This document shows positions 10,152 to 19,674 of a DNA stretch of 64,000 nt, piece by piece. This DNA is from Candidatus Aminicenantes bacterium (GTDB lineage: Bacteria > Acidobacteriota > Aminicenantia > Aminicenantales > JAFGBC01), in assembly GCA_963702005.1 (NCBI GenBank), contig OY969696.1, positions 3,712,001-3,776,000 on the forward strand. The letters are read 5' to 3'. The notes below the pieces were generated by a model, which worked only from the letters and a program-made list of their open reading frames with translations, was not told the DNA's origin and did not search any database. The position numbers and the translations under genes are program-made. Numbering within the stretch: position 1 is the stretch's first letter; every line of letters begins with the position of its first letter.

Positions 10152-10283
10152 GTCAAACCCTCGACTCCCCGGCCTGAAGGCCGGGGCTTGGTCAGGGTTG
10201 ACCCTGAGCCTCGCTTCTCCTCCCCGCTTTGAAAGGCGGGGCTCCGATTTTAAGCCCCGCTTTTCAGGGCGGGGTAGCGTCGG
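10152..10283. mobile_element. non-autonomous IS200/IS605-like hairpin element (PATE-like remnant)
   Basis: GC hairpins CCCCGGCCTGAAGGCCGGGG, TCAGGGTTGACCCTGA, CCCCGCTTTGAAAGGCGGGG and CCCCGCTTTTCAGGGCGGGG resemble IS200/IS605 subterminal hairpins; no transposase; ends approximate. Confidence 0.55.
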
Positions 10284-10527
10284 CGAACCCGTGAAAATCA
10301 TCTCCGAAATAAAAAAGCGGAACAAGGTTCTTAGATTACTGTCTCCGACCGATTGCGTCAAAGACCGCTTGGCGGCCTTTTATCATTGGAATGACCGGCA
10401 ATCGCTGGAGCAGGCGATCCTGGTGAGTCGGAGCCGTACCGTCGACCTCAAAGAGATCCGCAGGTGGTCGCTCAAGGAAGGGATGGCGGAGAAACTGGCG
10501 GTTTTCAGGAAGTCGCTTAAAACCTGA
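10284..10527 (+). pseudogene. 3' remnant of a conserved hypothetical (putative nucleotidyltransferase-like) gene
   Basis: 'LRLLSPTDCVKDRLAAFYHWNDRQSLEQA...DLKEIRRWSLKEG' reads like a natural C-terminal half; the upstream frame is hairpin-element sequence. Confidence 0.5.
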
Positions 10528-10579
10528 GCTTATAATGGCGTCACCTATGCCAAGGCTCGCCTCGATATCAAGAAATTAC

Positions 10580-10691
10580 TTGACATATAGCGCATGAAAA
10601 GGGGACAATATTCCCTGTAATAGCGCGAAATGTCAAGTTCGCTTGAAGCCAGAGTTGATATTTCGTGTATAAATAGGGGGAAATATTCCCT
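10580..10691 (+). promoter_or_regulatory. AbiE #1 promoter region with repeated operator-like sites
   Basis: TTGACA at 10580; AGGGGACAATATTCCCT (10600-10616) and AGGGGGAAATATTCCCT (10675-10691); ACTTGACAT/ATGTCAAGT inverted pair. Confidence 0.5.
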
Positions 10692-10711
10692 ATAGGGAAA
10701 CGGATTATAAA

Positions 10712-11509
10712 ATGAGAACAAGCGAATTCTTTGCCACGCATCCCGTTTTTTCCCTCGATGAAGCCGCGAAGGTTTTAGAGGTGCCCGGCGGTCGGTCCGG
10801 GACAGTGGAACGTCTCAAGCATTATCTTGAAAAAAAACGGCTGAGACTAGTGACTCGCGGGGTTTATGCGGTCATGCCGCCCGCTTTGAACACCGATCAA
10901 TTCCAACCGGATCCTCTCCTCGTGGCCCAAGCGGTTCGACCCGACGCCGTTTTTTCGCATCATAGCGCCCTCGAGCTTCTCGGCGCGGCACACTCTCTCT
11001 GGAACCAGGGCGCCGTTTACACGAGAAAGCGGCGGAGGCCGCTCCGCCTGGACGGCGGACGCATCTATTTTTTAGATCATCCCCATCCCATGAGAAACAA
11101 AGCTGGAACATATTTCGCGACCCAAAAAATAGAACGGCGGGGAAAACTGCTCGAAGTGACCACGCCCGAGAGGACGCTCGTCGAGGGATTCCGCCGGCCG
11201 GCCCTGGCCGGCGGGCTGGAGGAATTTGTGCGCTCAGCGGCCGGCTTTCCGGTCCTCGATCTCGATCTTCTCGAGGAGATCCTTCAGCGCTACGACATGG
11301 CCTATCTTTGGGTTTCGGCCGGCTGGTTCTTGGAAAAATTCCAAAAGAGTTTTCATGCCTCCGAAAACGTCATTCATCGAATGGAGCGGCGCCGGCCGCG
11401 GTCTCCGCACTATCTTGAACGGGGAAGCCGCGGCGGTTCGCTGTCGACAAGGTGGAACCTGATCCTGCCCAAGTCGCTTCTACAGTTGGGAGAGCCGGAT
11501 GAAACCTAG
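10712..11509 (+). CDS. abiEi: type IV TA antitoxin, AbiEi family
   Basis: N-terminal wHTH ('RLRLVTRGVYAV'), 'FSHHSALELLG', 'VTTPERTLVE'; overlaps the toxin gene. Confidence 0.85.
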   Translation: MRTSEFFATHPVFSLDEAAKVLEVPGGRSGTVERLKHYLEKKRLRLVTRGVYAVMPPALNTDQFQPDPLLVAQAVRPDAVFSHHSALELLGAAHSLWNQGAVYTRKRRRPLRLDGGRIYFLDHPHPMRNKAGTYFATQKIERRGKLLEVTTPERTLVEGFRRPALAGGLEEFVRSAAGFPVLDLDLLEEILQRYDMAYLWVSAGWFLEKFQKSFHASENVIHRMERRRPRSPHYLERGSRGGSLSTRWNLILPKSLLQLGEPDET

Positions 11510-12476
11510 CCTCGAATTCCTTGAGCGTTGTTCGGCCCAAACCGGTTTCCAGATAGCGGCGCTGGAAAAAGTCATCCGGCTTGGAGAAATGGCCGGGGAT
11601 ATCGCACGGCATCCCCTGCTCGGCGGAATTCTCGCCCTCAAGGGAGGGACGGCGTTCAACCTCTGCTTTGGCGGTCAGCCCCAGCGCCTTTCGGTGGACT
11701 TGGATTTCAATTATATCGGCGGCGCCGAACGGGAGAAAATGCTCGAGGCGCGCCCGCGGCTGGAGGCGGCCGTCGCGGATCTCGCTCGCCGCCGGGGATA
11801 TCTGGTTCAGAAATCAGCGGATGCTTTTGCGGGCAGGAAACTTTACCTGCTCTACCGATCCGTACTGAGTCAAAATGATCGAATCGAAATAGACTTGAAT
11901 TTCCTCTTCAGGGTACCCATCGCGGGCACGGAAAAGAAGCCGCTCTGGCAGCCCGGCGAGTTGGACCGGCCGGAGGTTCTGGTCGTCGGCAGGGAAGAAC
12001 TCATAATTGGAAAACTTCTCGCCTTCCTGGAGCGCGGCGCGGCAAAGGACGTCTGGGACACCGCCCACATAAAAGAGTCCGCCGACAATGTCCTGAAGTC
12101 CGTTCTTTTTCGAGCCAGGTTCATCGCGATGTCGGCCGTTCTTGATCATCCCCTTCCCAGCTATGGCCGTTCGCGTCTCGAGGGTCTCGTTACGGACCGT
12201 ATCGCCGTCGAACGGCTCGGTCCGATGCTGGCGCTAAGGTCCGTTCCCCCGGCCAAAGAACTCATTGAAAAGGCATGGACGGTTGTCGACCCGTTCCTCA
12301 AACTGGATCCCCCAGAGGAGGAATACATCAAGGCTATTTATGAAGGTGAACTCAAGACGGAGCGTCTCTTCCCGGAAGCGCCGGAAGAAGCCGCGAGATT
12401 CAAAGGACATCCGGCCATCTTATGGAAGCTGGCCAATATCAGAAAAAATCTGAAGCGCCCAACGGGAACCCCATGA
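11499..12476 (+). CDS. abiEii: AbiEii/AbiGii nucleotidyltransferase toxin
   Basis: LKGGTAFNL, RLSVDLDF, GKLLAFLERGAAKDVWD motifs. Confidence 0.9.
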   Translation: MKPSLEFLERCSAQTGFQIAALEKVIRLGEMAGDIARHPLLGGILALKGGTAFNLCFGGQPQRLSVDLDFNYIGGAEREKMLEARPRLEAAVADLARRRGYLVQKSADAFAGRKLYLLYRSVLSQNDRIEIDLNFLFRVPIAGTEKKPLWQPGELDRPEVLVVGREELIIGKLLAFLERGAAKDVWDTAHIKESADNVLKSVLFRARFIAMSAVLDHPLPSYGRSRLEGLVTDRIAVERLGPMLALRSVPPAKELIEKAWTVVDPFLKLDPPEEEYIKAIYEGELKTERLFPEAPEEAARFKGHPAILWKLANIRKNLKRPTGTP

Positions 12477-14167
12477 AAAACAAGGAGCTGGCCGTCCTGT
12501 TCGACCGCATCGCCGACGCCCTTGACATCAAGGGCGAGCAGGCCTTCAAGGTCCTCGCCTACCGCCGCGCCGCCCGCATCCTCGACGAGATGACGGACGA
12601 CGTCGCCCAGATCGCCGCCGCCGGCAAGCTCGAGGATATCCCCGGCATCGGGAGCGGAATCGCCAAGAAGATCCAGGAGTACATCCAGACCGGCGAGATG
12701 CAGAAGTATAAGGAAGCCCTCTCCGGCATCCCGCCCGGCCTCCTGACCCTCCTCGACATCCAGACCCTGGGCGCGAAAACGATCAAGCTCATGCACGACG
12801 AGCTCGGCGTCGCCTCCCTCTCCGGCCTCAAGAAGGTCATCGCCGACGGCCGTCTGGCCGCCCTCCGCGGCATGGGCGACAAAAAAGTCGAAAACATCCG
12901 CAAGGGGATAGAGCTCTTCGAGAAGGCCTCCCAGCGCGTCTCGATCTGGGCGGCCCTCCGCGTCGCCGCTTCCCTGATCGATCACCTCAAGGAATCCGGC
13001 CTGGTCGACAGGATCGAGGCAGCCGGGTCGCTCCGCCGCATGAAAGAGACCGTGGGCGATATCGACGTCCTCGCCTGCGCCAAGAAGAGCGGCGGCAAGG
13101 ACGGCGCCCGCATCATCGAGCGCTTCACGCACGCCCCCGACGTCAAGCGCGTCCTGGCCGCCGGCGCCACAAAAGCCTCGGTCATGGTCGCGACCGAGGA
13201 CGGCGAGCGCCAGGTCGACCTCCGCCTCGTGGACCGCTCAGAATATGGAGCCGCCCTCCAGTATTTCACGGGCTCCAAGGCCCACAACATCAAGCTTCGC
13301 TCCATGGCCAAGGACAAAGGCCTCAAGATCTCCGAGTACGGCGTCTTCAAGGGCGCGCGGAAGATCGCTGGCGCCGCCGAGGAGGAGGTCTACGCCGCCC
13401 TCGGCCTGGCCTGGGTTCCGCCCGAGATGCGCGAGGACCGCGGCGAGGTCGAGCTCGCCCTCGCCCGCCGCCTCCCGGCCATCCTCGACTACGGCGACAT
13501 CAAGGGCGACCTCCACGTCCACTCCAACGCGAGCGACGGGACGCTCACCCTGCGAGAGATCGCCGACCACGGCCGCCGTATGGGCTATTCCTATATCGCG
13601 ATCTGCGACCATTCCCAGAGCGTGAAATACGCCCACGGCCTCTCCCCCGACCGCCTGCGCCGGCAGATGAAGGAGATCGACGCCCTCAACCGCTCGCTCA
13701 AGCCGAAGCGCTTCCGCCTCCTCAAGGGGACCGAGGTCGATATCCTTGCTGACGGCTCGCTCGACTTCCCGGATTCTCTGCTCAAGGAGCTCGATTTCGT
13801 GGTCGCCGCGATCCACTCCGGGTTCAAGAAGAACGTGACCGAGCGGATCCTGAAGGCTATGGAGCATCCCTACGTGAAGGTCATCGCCCATCCAACGGGC
13901 CGCCTCATCAGCGGCCGCGAGGGGTACGCCGTGGATATCGAGAAGGTCATCGCGGGCGCGAAGCGCACCGGCAAGGCCCTTGAGCTGAACGCTTACTACG
14001 ACCGTCTCGATCTCGATGAGTTCAACTGTAAACGTGCCCGTGAGCTCGGCGTAAAAATTAGCATTGGCACCGACTGTCACGCCGCCAGTGGCCTTGAGAT
14101 GATGCGCCTCGGCGTCGGCATCGCCCGCCGTGCCTGGCTGGGGAAATGCAATATTTATGAACTCTAG
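12473..14167 (+). CDS. polX: DNA polymerase X with PHP domain
   Basis: HhH 'IPGIGSGIA', GSLRR, GDIDVL, VDLR, YFTGSKAHN; PHP motifs DLHVHS, CDHS, AHP, DCH; ATG at 12473 overlaps the abiEii TGA. Confidence 0.95.
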   Translation: MKNKELAVLFDRIADALDIKGEQAFKVLAYRRAARILDEMTDDVAQIAAAGKLEDIPGIGSGIAKKIQEYIQTGEMQKYKEALSGIPPGLLTLLDIQTLGAKTIKLMHDELGVASLSGLKKVIADGRLAALRGMGDKKVENIRKGIELFEKASQRVSIWAALRVAASLIDHLKESGLVDRIEAAGSLRRMKETVGDIDVLACAKKSGGKDGARIIERFTHAPDVKRVLAAGATKASVMVATEDGERQVDLRLVDRSEYGAALQYFTGSKAHNIKLRSMAKDKGLKISEYGVFKGARKIAGAAEEEVYAALGLAWVPPEMREDRGEVELALARRLPAILDYGDIKGDLHVHSNASDGTLTLREIADHGRRMGYSYIAICDHSQSVKYAHGLSPDRLRRQMKEIDALNRSLKPKRFRLLKGTEVDILADGSLDFPDSLLKELDFVVAAIHSGFKKNVTERILKAMEHPYVKVIAHPTGRLISGREGYAVDIEKVIAGAKRTGKALELNAYYDRLDLDEFNCKRARELGVKISIGTDCHAASGLEMMRLGVGIARRAWLGKCNIYEL

Positions 14168-14352
14168 AGAAAACAAGAGTGTTGAGCATTATTCCGAAAA
14201 AGTGATGTTCTAGTGAGGAACCATGAATGGACAAGCTTGACAATCAATGTATTATGCATCCCTATGGCCCATAATTGAGGACTCAATTCGGCGTTATCGT
14301 AGCAATCTTAATATTTGATAATCATTATTTAAGTGATATATTTATTTAATCG

Positions 14353-15261
14353 ATGACAAACGAAATGGATCCTAAATGGAAACGGTTTGAAAAAGCCGTT
14401 TTTGAAATTCAGAAACAGCTTTCACCTGATTCAGACGTAAAATATAATGATTTTATTAAAGGGGTAGATTCGCAAGCGCTTAGGCAGATTGATATTAGCG
14501 TTCGGAGACATATTGCTCAGTACTCAATATTGATTGTAATTGAATGCAAAGACTATAAGAAGTCAATTGATATCAAAGTCGTTGAAGAATTTGCTGGACT
14601 TGTTAAAGACGTGCGCGCTAATAAGGGAGCAATAATTTCAAGCTCAGGTTTTACAGAGTCGGCTCTTCGCTATGTTAAAGCCCATGGGATTGATGCTTTT
14701 CAACTTATTGACACAGAAAGTATGGACTGGAAAGTTTATGCCTCGGTCCCCGTTCTTTTAGAAAGCACTAATTTCAAAAGATTCAGAATAATCTTTAAAA
14801 ACTTCACAAAGTTGCCAAGAATCATAGAAAATGCCGATGTAAAGACATTAAAGTTGTTTTCGACTGATGGTGAGCTAATGGGAACAATCGGAAATATTAT
14901 TGCCAATAAATGGAACAATCATGAGATAGATGAAATGCCCGGGGAAAAAGAGGTTCAAATCGGAAAAAATATATCTTTAGAAATCGCAAATGATCATGTA
15001 ACGCCAATTGATATTTATGCACAGGTCTATGTAGTAAAGAACTTTTATTACGGCAAGTTGCCGATACACTTTAAAGGCTTTCAAGATTTGCAAAATGGTG
15101 GAGTCATATCTAACGAGCTAGAAACAGATGCGATAGAGCCGTACAAAATAGAAAAAGGATTAATTGAGGGATGGGAAAAAATAGATAATCCTGAAGACTT
15201 GTCAGTAACGCCATTTATGAGGCTTAGTGTAAAAGACCACATTCCAGTCGATAAATTGTAG
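14353..15261 (+). CDS. Mrr_cat-like PD-(D/E)XK restriction endonuclease domain protein
   Basis: 'FEKAV', 'RQIDI', 'IVIECKDY', 'GAIISSSGFTESA'; AT-rich; C-terminal half unrecognised. Confidence 0.8.
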   Translation: MTNEMDPKWKRFEKAVFEIQKQLSPDSDVKYNDFIKGVDSQALRQIDISVRRHIAQYSILIVIECKDYKKSIDIKVVEEFAGLVKDVRANKGAIISSSGFTESALRYVKAHGIDAFQLIDTESMDWKVYASVPVLLESTNFKRFRIIFKNFTKLPRIIENADVKTLKLFSTDGELMGTIGNIIANKWNNHEIDEMPGEKEVQIGKNISLEIANDHVTPIDIYAQVYVVKNFYYGKLPIHFKGFQDLQNGGVISNELETDAIEPYKIEKGLIEGWEKIDNPEDLSVTPFMRLSVKDHIPVDKL

Positions 15262-15378
15262 TCTTGGTTGAGCTCTTTTCATTTTAAGAACATAGTAACA
15301 ATAAATAGAATTAGGGGGGAATAATTTGCTTATACATGGAAATGTCCCGGAACTTATCAGATAATCGACTTATCTAGG

Positions 15379-16791
15379 CTAATGACTTACTAAATCTTTA
15401 TATTTTTGATTCCTTGCGAGCAAAGTCTTAACATTTTCGACGGGCATCCCCAATTCCGATAGGAAACAGATTTCGATTACAAACTTCATCTTTTGGACCA
15501 GCCAATTTAAGGATTGTCCTTTTTTAACTTGAGATTCAAGTTGTTCATCATAATGCGTCAAATAATTTCTTGTATTACATACATCCTCTATGAACAAATC
15601 CGGAGATTTTATGAAAAGTGTAATCCAATCCCCGCATTGTCCCAATATTATTTTTAGCCTTTTCCTAAGAGAAAAATCATTCAGATATTTCATTTTATTG
15701 CGTAAACTCTCTTTGAAGTCTGGATCAAGGCTATTCTCAATTGCGTTGAGAAAAGCGTCGTATTGTGATCTAAAATCTTCGTCTGAAACATATTTCCCGC
15801 CGGATGTGCGTCTATGGTAGGATTCTAAAGCTTGCGCTAAGCTAAGAAACTCATGATTGCGATACATTGAGGGATTGTAGAAAGTGCCGAAGTATAGCTC
15901 ATACACAGGACATAGTAAAGATGACTTATCAATCCAATTCTTCAGATAGATAGTAAAATAATCAGCTATGTCTCTGAACGTAAATAGCATTTCATGCTGA
16001 TGGACCTTTGCGGAATAATCAACAAATATGCCTGCGCGAGTGAATATTTGGATATCGTTTAATACGATCTCTCCATTTGCCAGTTTTGTAACGCTGTCCT
16101 TGGACTTCCCAATAATGGTGCGGGGGTATATGGCTTTGCCTATGGCGAGGCTCAGAAAGTCTCGAATATTTTCCATGATTCCATCTAGATATACCCTGAA
16201 ACCGAGCGGTTTCGGAGGTTTTATGTTTATGAAGATCGTTTGTTTTAAGTCGAAGGAATATGTAAGATCAGAGTGAGAACCGAAGTTGAAGTTAATATTA
16301 ATATCATAATTTTCTAGCTTTGCTACAATCGCCTTTGGCGGTTCATATGTGTAAGCAATTTTCTTGATATGCCCATTTTGATCAATTTCCGTGTCTTGTT
16401 TGAAGCCTGAGATCCCAATCCATTCCTCTAAATTCGAATAGCTTATCGAAATATCATCTAAAAGGATTTCTTCTTCTTTCTTAAAGTGACAGCCGATAAA
16501 TATTACATTAACATAGAAGACTGATTTCGGTAGGCCGGGAAAGCTTAAACTAAACGATTTTTCAAAGCACTTGTATAGGGTTATCGATTTTCCGCTAACC
16601 GTAACGCCTAAAATGATAGTTGGAGCAGATAATTCTTTATTAATAATTCCGCTAAGATCATCAATACCCTTAAAAGTGCCAATGAGTTCGAGGCAGGCTC
16701 CTTCTTTAGGATTATATTTAAGTATGCCGGATATCTGAAAATTGGGATTTTCGGGGAGCCACCAAACACCGCTATGCTCAATCGTTTCCAT
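15379..16791 (-). CDS. ApeA-like HEPN domain protein
   Basis: N-terminal 'GVWWLPENP...SGILKY...LELIG' (ApeA NTD-like), 'FLSLAQALESYHRR', HEPN RxxxxH motif 'RNYLTH'. Confidence 0.82.
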   Translation of the reverse strand: METIEHSGVWWLPENPNFQISGILKYNPKEGACLELIGTFKGIDDLSGIINKELSAPTIILGVTVSGKSITLYKCFEKSFSLSFPGLPKSVFYVNVIFIGCHFKKEEEILLDDISISYSNLEEWIGISGFKQDTEIDQNGHIKKIAYTYEPPKAIVAKLENYDININFNFGSHSDLTYSFDLKQTIFINIKPPKPLGFRVYLDGIMENIRDFLSLAIGKAIYPRTIIGKSKDSVTKLANGEIVLNDIQIFTRAGIFVDYSAKVHQHEMLFTFRDIADYFTIYLKNWIDKSSLLCPVYELYFGTFYNPSMYRNHEFLSLAQALESYHRRTSGGKYVSDEDFRSQYDAFLNAIENSLDPDFKESLRNKMKYLNDFSLRKRLKIILGQCGDWITLFIKSPDLFIEDVCNTRNYLTHYDEQLESQVKKGQSLNWLVQKMKFVIEICFLSELGMPVENVKTLLARNQKYKDLVSH

Positions 16792-17028
16792 TTAGAACCT
16801 CTGCAACGGTTATCTAAAGCCCAAATTATTAATAATTTATAATATTTTAACCTGCCTAGGCAAATGCGTCCTTTTTTGACTAAGCTATTTTATAGTAACC
16901 TTCTCATTTTTGCTTAGGGCGGCGAGCCATCATTAACTCTCTTCGAAAGCCAACTCGAAATAGAGGCGGGTGCCATAAGATTAGGTCTGAGAGTAGCTCG
17001 CGGGACCCGTGACGCCGCTGACCTGTTA

Positions 17029-17069
17029 CCCTTAAATCGGTCCAGGTATAATAAGAAAAACCTGGGAGA
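17029..17069 (+). repeat. 41-bp direct repeat copy A (IS3-like left-end remnant?)
   Basis: CCCTTAAATCGGTCCAGGTATAATAAGAAAAACCTGGGAGA; 39/41 identical to 24558-24598. Confidence 0.8.
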
Positions 17070-17191
17070 GGAGATATTTGATATGCTTTTAGAGGCCAGG
17101 GTTGTGATAGAAGACTGGAGCCGGGAATATATCCTACGTCGGCCTCACAGATCTCTGAGATATCAGCCACCATCGCCATAGACCATAATGC

Positions 17192-17464
17192 TTGAAAATC
17201 TCACTTCTGAGGTGGTACATTGAACGGGGGCAGATCAAGAATACGATCAGAGTATCTGCAGTTCACGATCTTTACGGGACAATGATGAACGAAGGTACAA
17301 ATAAAGAAATTCTGGTAAAAACGAGTTGCTACGGCCTAGATGCTTTCGAATTTTCGAAAGACAAGCCGATAGAGCTGCTGGATGGTGGTCAGTTGCTTTA
17401 TCTGCTTAATCAGATTGGCGTCAATGCACGTATAGTTTTTCCGGAGGAGTGGAAAGGAAACTAG
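17192..17464 (+). pseudogene. C-terminal fragment of an Mrr restriction protein
   Basis: 'VSAVHDLYGTMMNEG.NK.ILV.TS.YG.DAFEFSKDKPIELLDG' matches the Mrr_cat C-terminal half; the catalytic D/QxK part is missing. Confidence 0.7.
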
Positions 17465-17520
17465 GAAATATATATGGGATAAGGCTGAGTCTATTGTTAT
17501 AAAAAGGACAGTGAACCCGG

Positions 17521-19674
17521 ATGGTTAGCCCGCTTGGAACATGGGAGAATGAATTAGCGAGTGCTATCCTCAGTATTGAGCTTATCAGAAGGAATACGGC
17601 CGGGGCAATTCTTTCGGCTGTTCCAAACCGAGAAAGGTGGGAAGACTTTTTAAACTCAGTTAGGGCGGAGTGGGATAACTGGAAAGTTAGCTTAGAAAAC
17701 TACCCGGCGTGTCTGGTCGTCTTATACGGCGGGGTCGCCTTCTTCAAATACGAAGATTTAAGGTTTTGGCGTTACTTTTCTGAGGCAGTCACGGGCCGCA
17801 CCGGTGAGGAACCTCCGTCACCTTCCCAACAAACGCATATAAATAAATTTTTCCGAAAGGCCCTTGAGGATAACCAATTAAAAATAGTATCTCAAGCCGG
17901 CAAGATCGACTTTGTAGGTTCCGCAATCTGGCACATTGGCGTTCCTCTCTCTCTATGGGATGGATTCATTGACATCTGTGAGTGGGCTTTATGGCAGCAG
18001 GATTGGCAGTCGATGCCAGCAGCTGATTGGGCCGCCGAGGTTACGAGGCACATCCCGAGTCGGCCGCGGTTGAGAAGGTTCCTAATCGAGAATCGGGCAG
18101 CAGCCGCCAGTTTCATTCAGGAAATTCTAGAAGTACGAGAAATTCTTAGGAATGATCTCAGCCTAACCATTGAAGATATAGCCCGCGCAAGTGTTCTTCG
18201 CTTTGAGTTTTTTGACGAAGTTCCGGAGACAGCTGAATTTATACGTTCTCAGAATCCAGATTCTTTATTTAAGAATCACGCAAGAATAATATGGAACGAA
18301 AGCAGAAGAAAGATCTCTGTTCAACTCCCTGGCGTAAATCGGGAACAATTGCCTGCAATGTGGCAGCTTGGCTGCCGACACCAACAAGCAGCCTTGACTC
18401 CAACTGAAATGGTTCTCGATGCTGAAGTCTTCCAAAGTAAACTCTCGTTGGTTTTAAAAACCAGGGAAGCCCGCGAGTTCCAGAGTCTTTTCGGAGCTTC
18501 CCCATGGGGATTTTTTGACGTTGAGGCCGCTGGGCAATTAGTTAATTCTAACCGAGACGTACTCCCATTAAAAAGCTATGCATTAATTTCCAATCAACAG
18601 ATTGAAATAAAGAATGTCCAAGGCTTTGATCACGCCGAAGGTGATATAAACGAGTCATTTGAACTATCGGATGGCTCGATATGTTTTATGACGCGTCTTT
18701 GGCCAACAGGAAATTATGCTGAAATAGAACTACGTCATCAAGGAGAGCCCAAGAAACTCCGCTTTAGAACGAGAGCCAAGATTGCGGTTCGCCGTTTCTT
18801 TGGAAAACATTATAAGGCTGCGTATTTTATTCGGATGCCTGATGGTACAATCGAATGCGAAGAATATCCAATTTTCTGCGTGGCCATACCCAGAGACTTC
18901 TTTAAGGACAGTTATGCAGAATTACGTAGACATTTCAGAATCAAGGAGGGAGATAGTACCGCGAGTGGCCATTGGCAGCAGATTAGTGCAAAAATGGGAG
19001 AGGGGGACCGCGAGTATTTCGAATGGATATGGGGGGATACGCCTTTCATCGAAACTAAATCGGATAAAACGATCAAGGATCTCAGAAGGCTAGGCGATGT
19101 TGTTAGGCCAAAGGACGTTAAAGGCAAGAAAGAATTGTGTATTAAGTCCCCCGAATTTTCCTATAGCTACACTGTTGAGAAGCGCGGCCGCAACAGAAGA
19201 ATTGATGAATGCTGGAAGGATCTTCCGGGCAAATATGCACTATGGTTCATCCTTTGCCAGGCAGGAGAAAACGAGGCTGGCATGAAATTAGATGATATCT
19301 TAATTGCGCGAGACGTAGTAGTCCCCAATGCACCAGATTCGTCATTCTCTAATTATCTCCTTCGTAGGTATGAGTCCTTAGGATTCTTGATACAAAGAGG
19401 ACACAGATGGGAGATGGGCAAGCCGCGGGCCGAACTAGGATATCCAGCCAGTGGTTCCTTCGAATTAAAGTATTGTGGAGATCCCTCTATTCTTTGGGGA
19501 TCATATCGTAGGCTTTCCTGGGATAATATCGTCCTTCCAGCAGTCGAAGTCGTAAGTAGACGAGACGAGCTACCATTCCTTCGTATGGTATGGAGATCTG
19601 AAGCAAGGGCAAAGATAGAATGGGATCTCAAAACCCACGGTGTTGAAATAGCGAGAGAGTTGTGGAGTCATTGA
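17521..19674 (+). CDS. 717-aa hypothetical protein, possibly DruH-like helicase partner
   Basis: Long clean ORF overlapping the helicase start by 13 nt; no recognisable catalytic motif; family call from context and weak motif resemblance. Confidence 0.6.
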   Translation: MVSPLGTWENELASAILSIELIRRNTAGAILSAVPNRERWEDFLNSVRAEWDNWKVSLENYPACLVVLYGGVAFFKYEDLRFWRYFSEAVTGRTGEEPPSPSQQTHINKFFRKALEDNQLKIVSQAGKIDFVGSAIWHIGVPLSLWDGFIDICEWALWQQDWQSMPAADWAAEVTRHIPSRPRLRRFLIENRAAAASFIQEILEVREILRNDLSLTIEDIARASVLRFEFFDEVPETAEFIRSQNPDSLFKNHARIIWNESRRKISVQLPGVNREQLPAMWQLGCRHQQAALTPTEMVLDAEVFQSKLSLVLKTREAREFQSLFGASPWGFFDVEAAGQLVNSNRDVLPLKSYALISNQQIEIKNVQGFDHAEGDINESFELSDGSICFMTRLWPTGNYAEIELRHQGEPKKLRFRTRAKIAVRRFFGKHYKAAYFIRMPDGTIECEEYPIFCVAIPRDFFKDSYAELRRHFRIKEGDSTASGHWQQISAKMGEGDREYFEWIWGDTPFIETKSDKTIKDLRRLGDVVRPKDVKGKKELCIKSPEFSYSYTVEKRGRNRRIDECWKDLPGKYALWFILCQAGENEAGMKLDDILIARDVVVPNAPDSSFSNYLLRRYESLGFLIQRGHRWEMGKPRAELGYPASGSFELKYCGDPSILWGSYRRLSWDNIVLPAVEVVSRRDELPFLRMVWRSEARAKIEWDLKTHGVEIARELWSH

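Noticed and set aside
10152-10283. IscB omega-RNA / OMEGA locus
   Set aside because: Only the terminal hairpin style is similar; no iscB, isrB or tnpB ORF is adjacent and the element is short.
12422-12472. ORF-track upstream starts for polX (also 10042, 28947, 45453, 50629, 61865)
   Set aside because: The extensions overlap neighbouring genes or repeats; downstream starts fit family N-termini or SD sites better.
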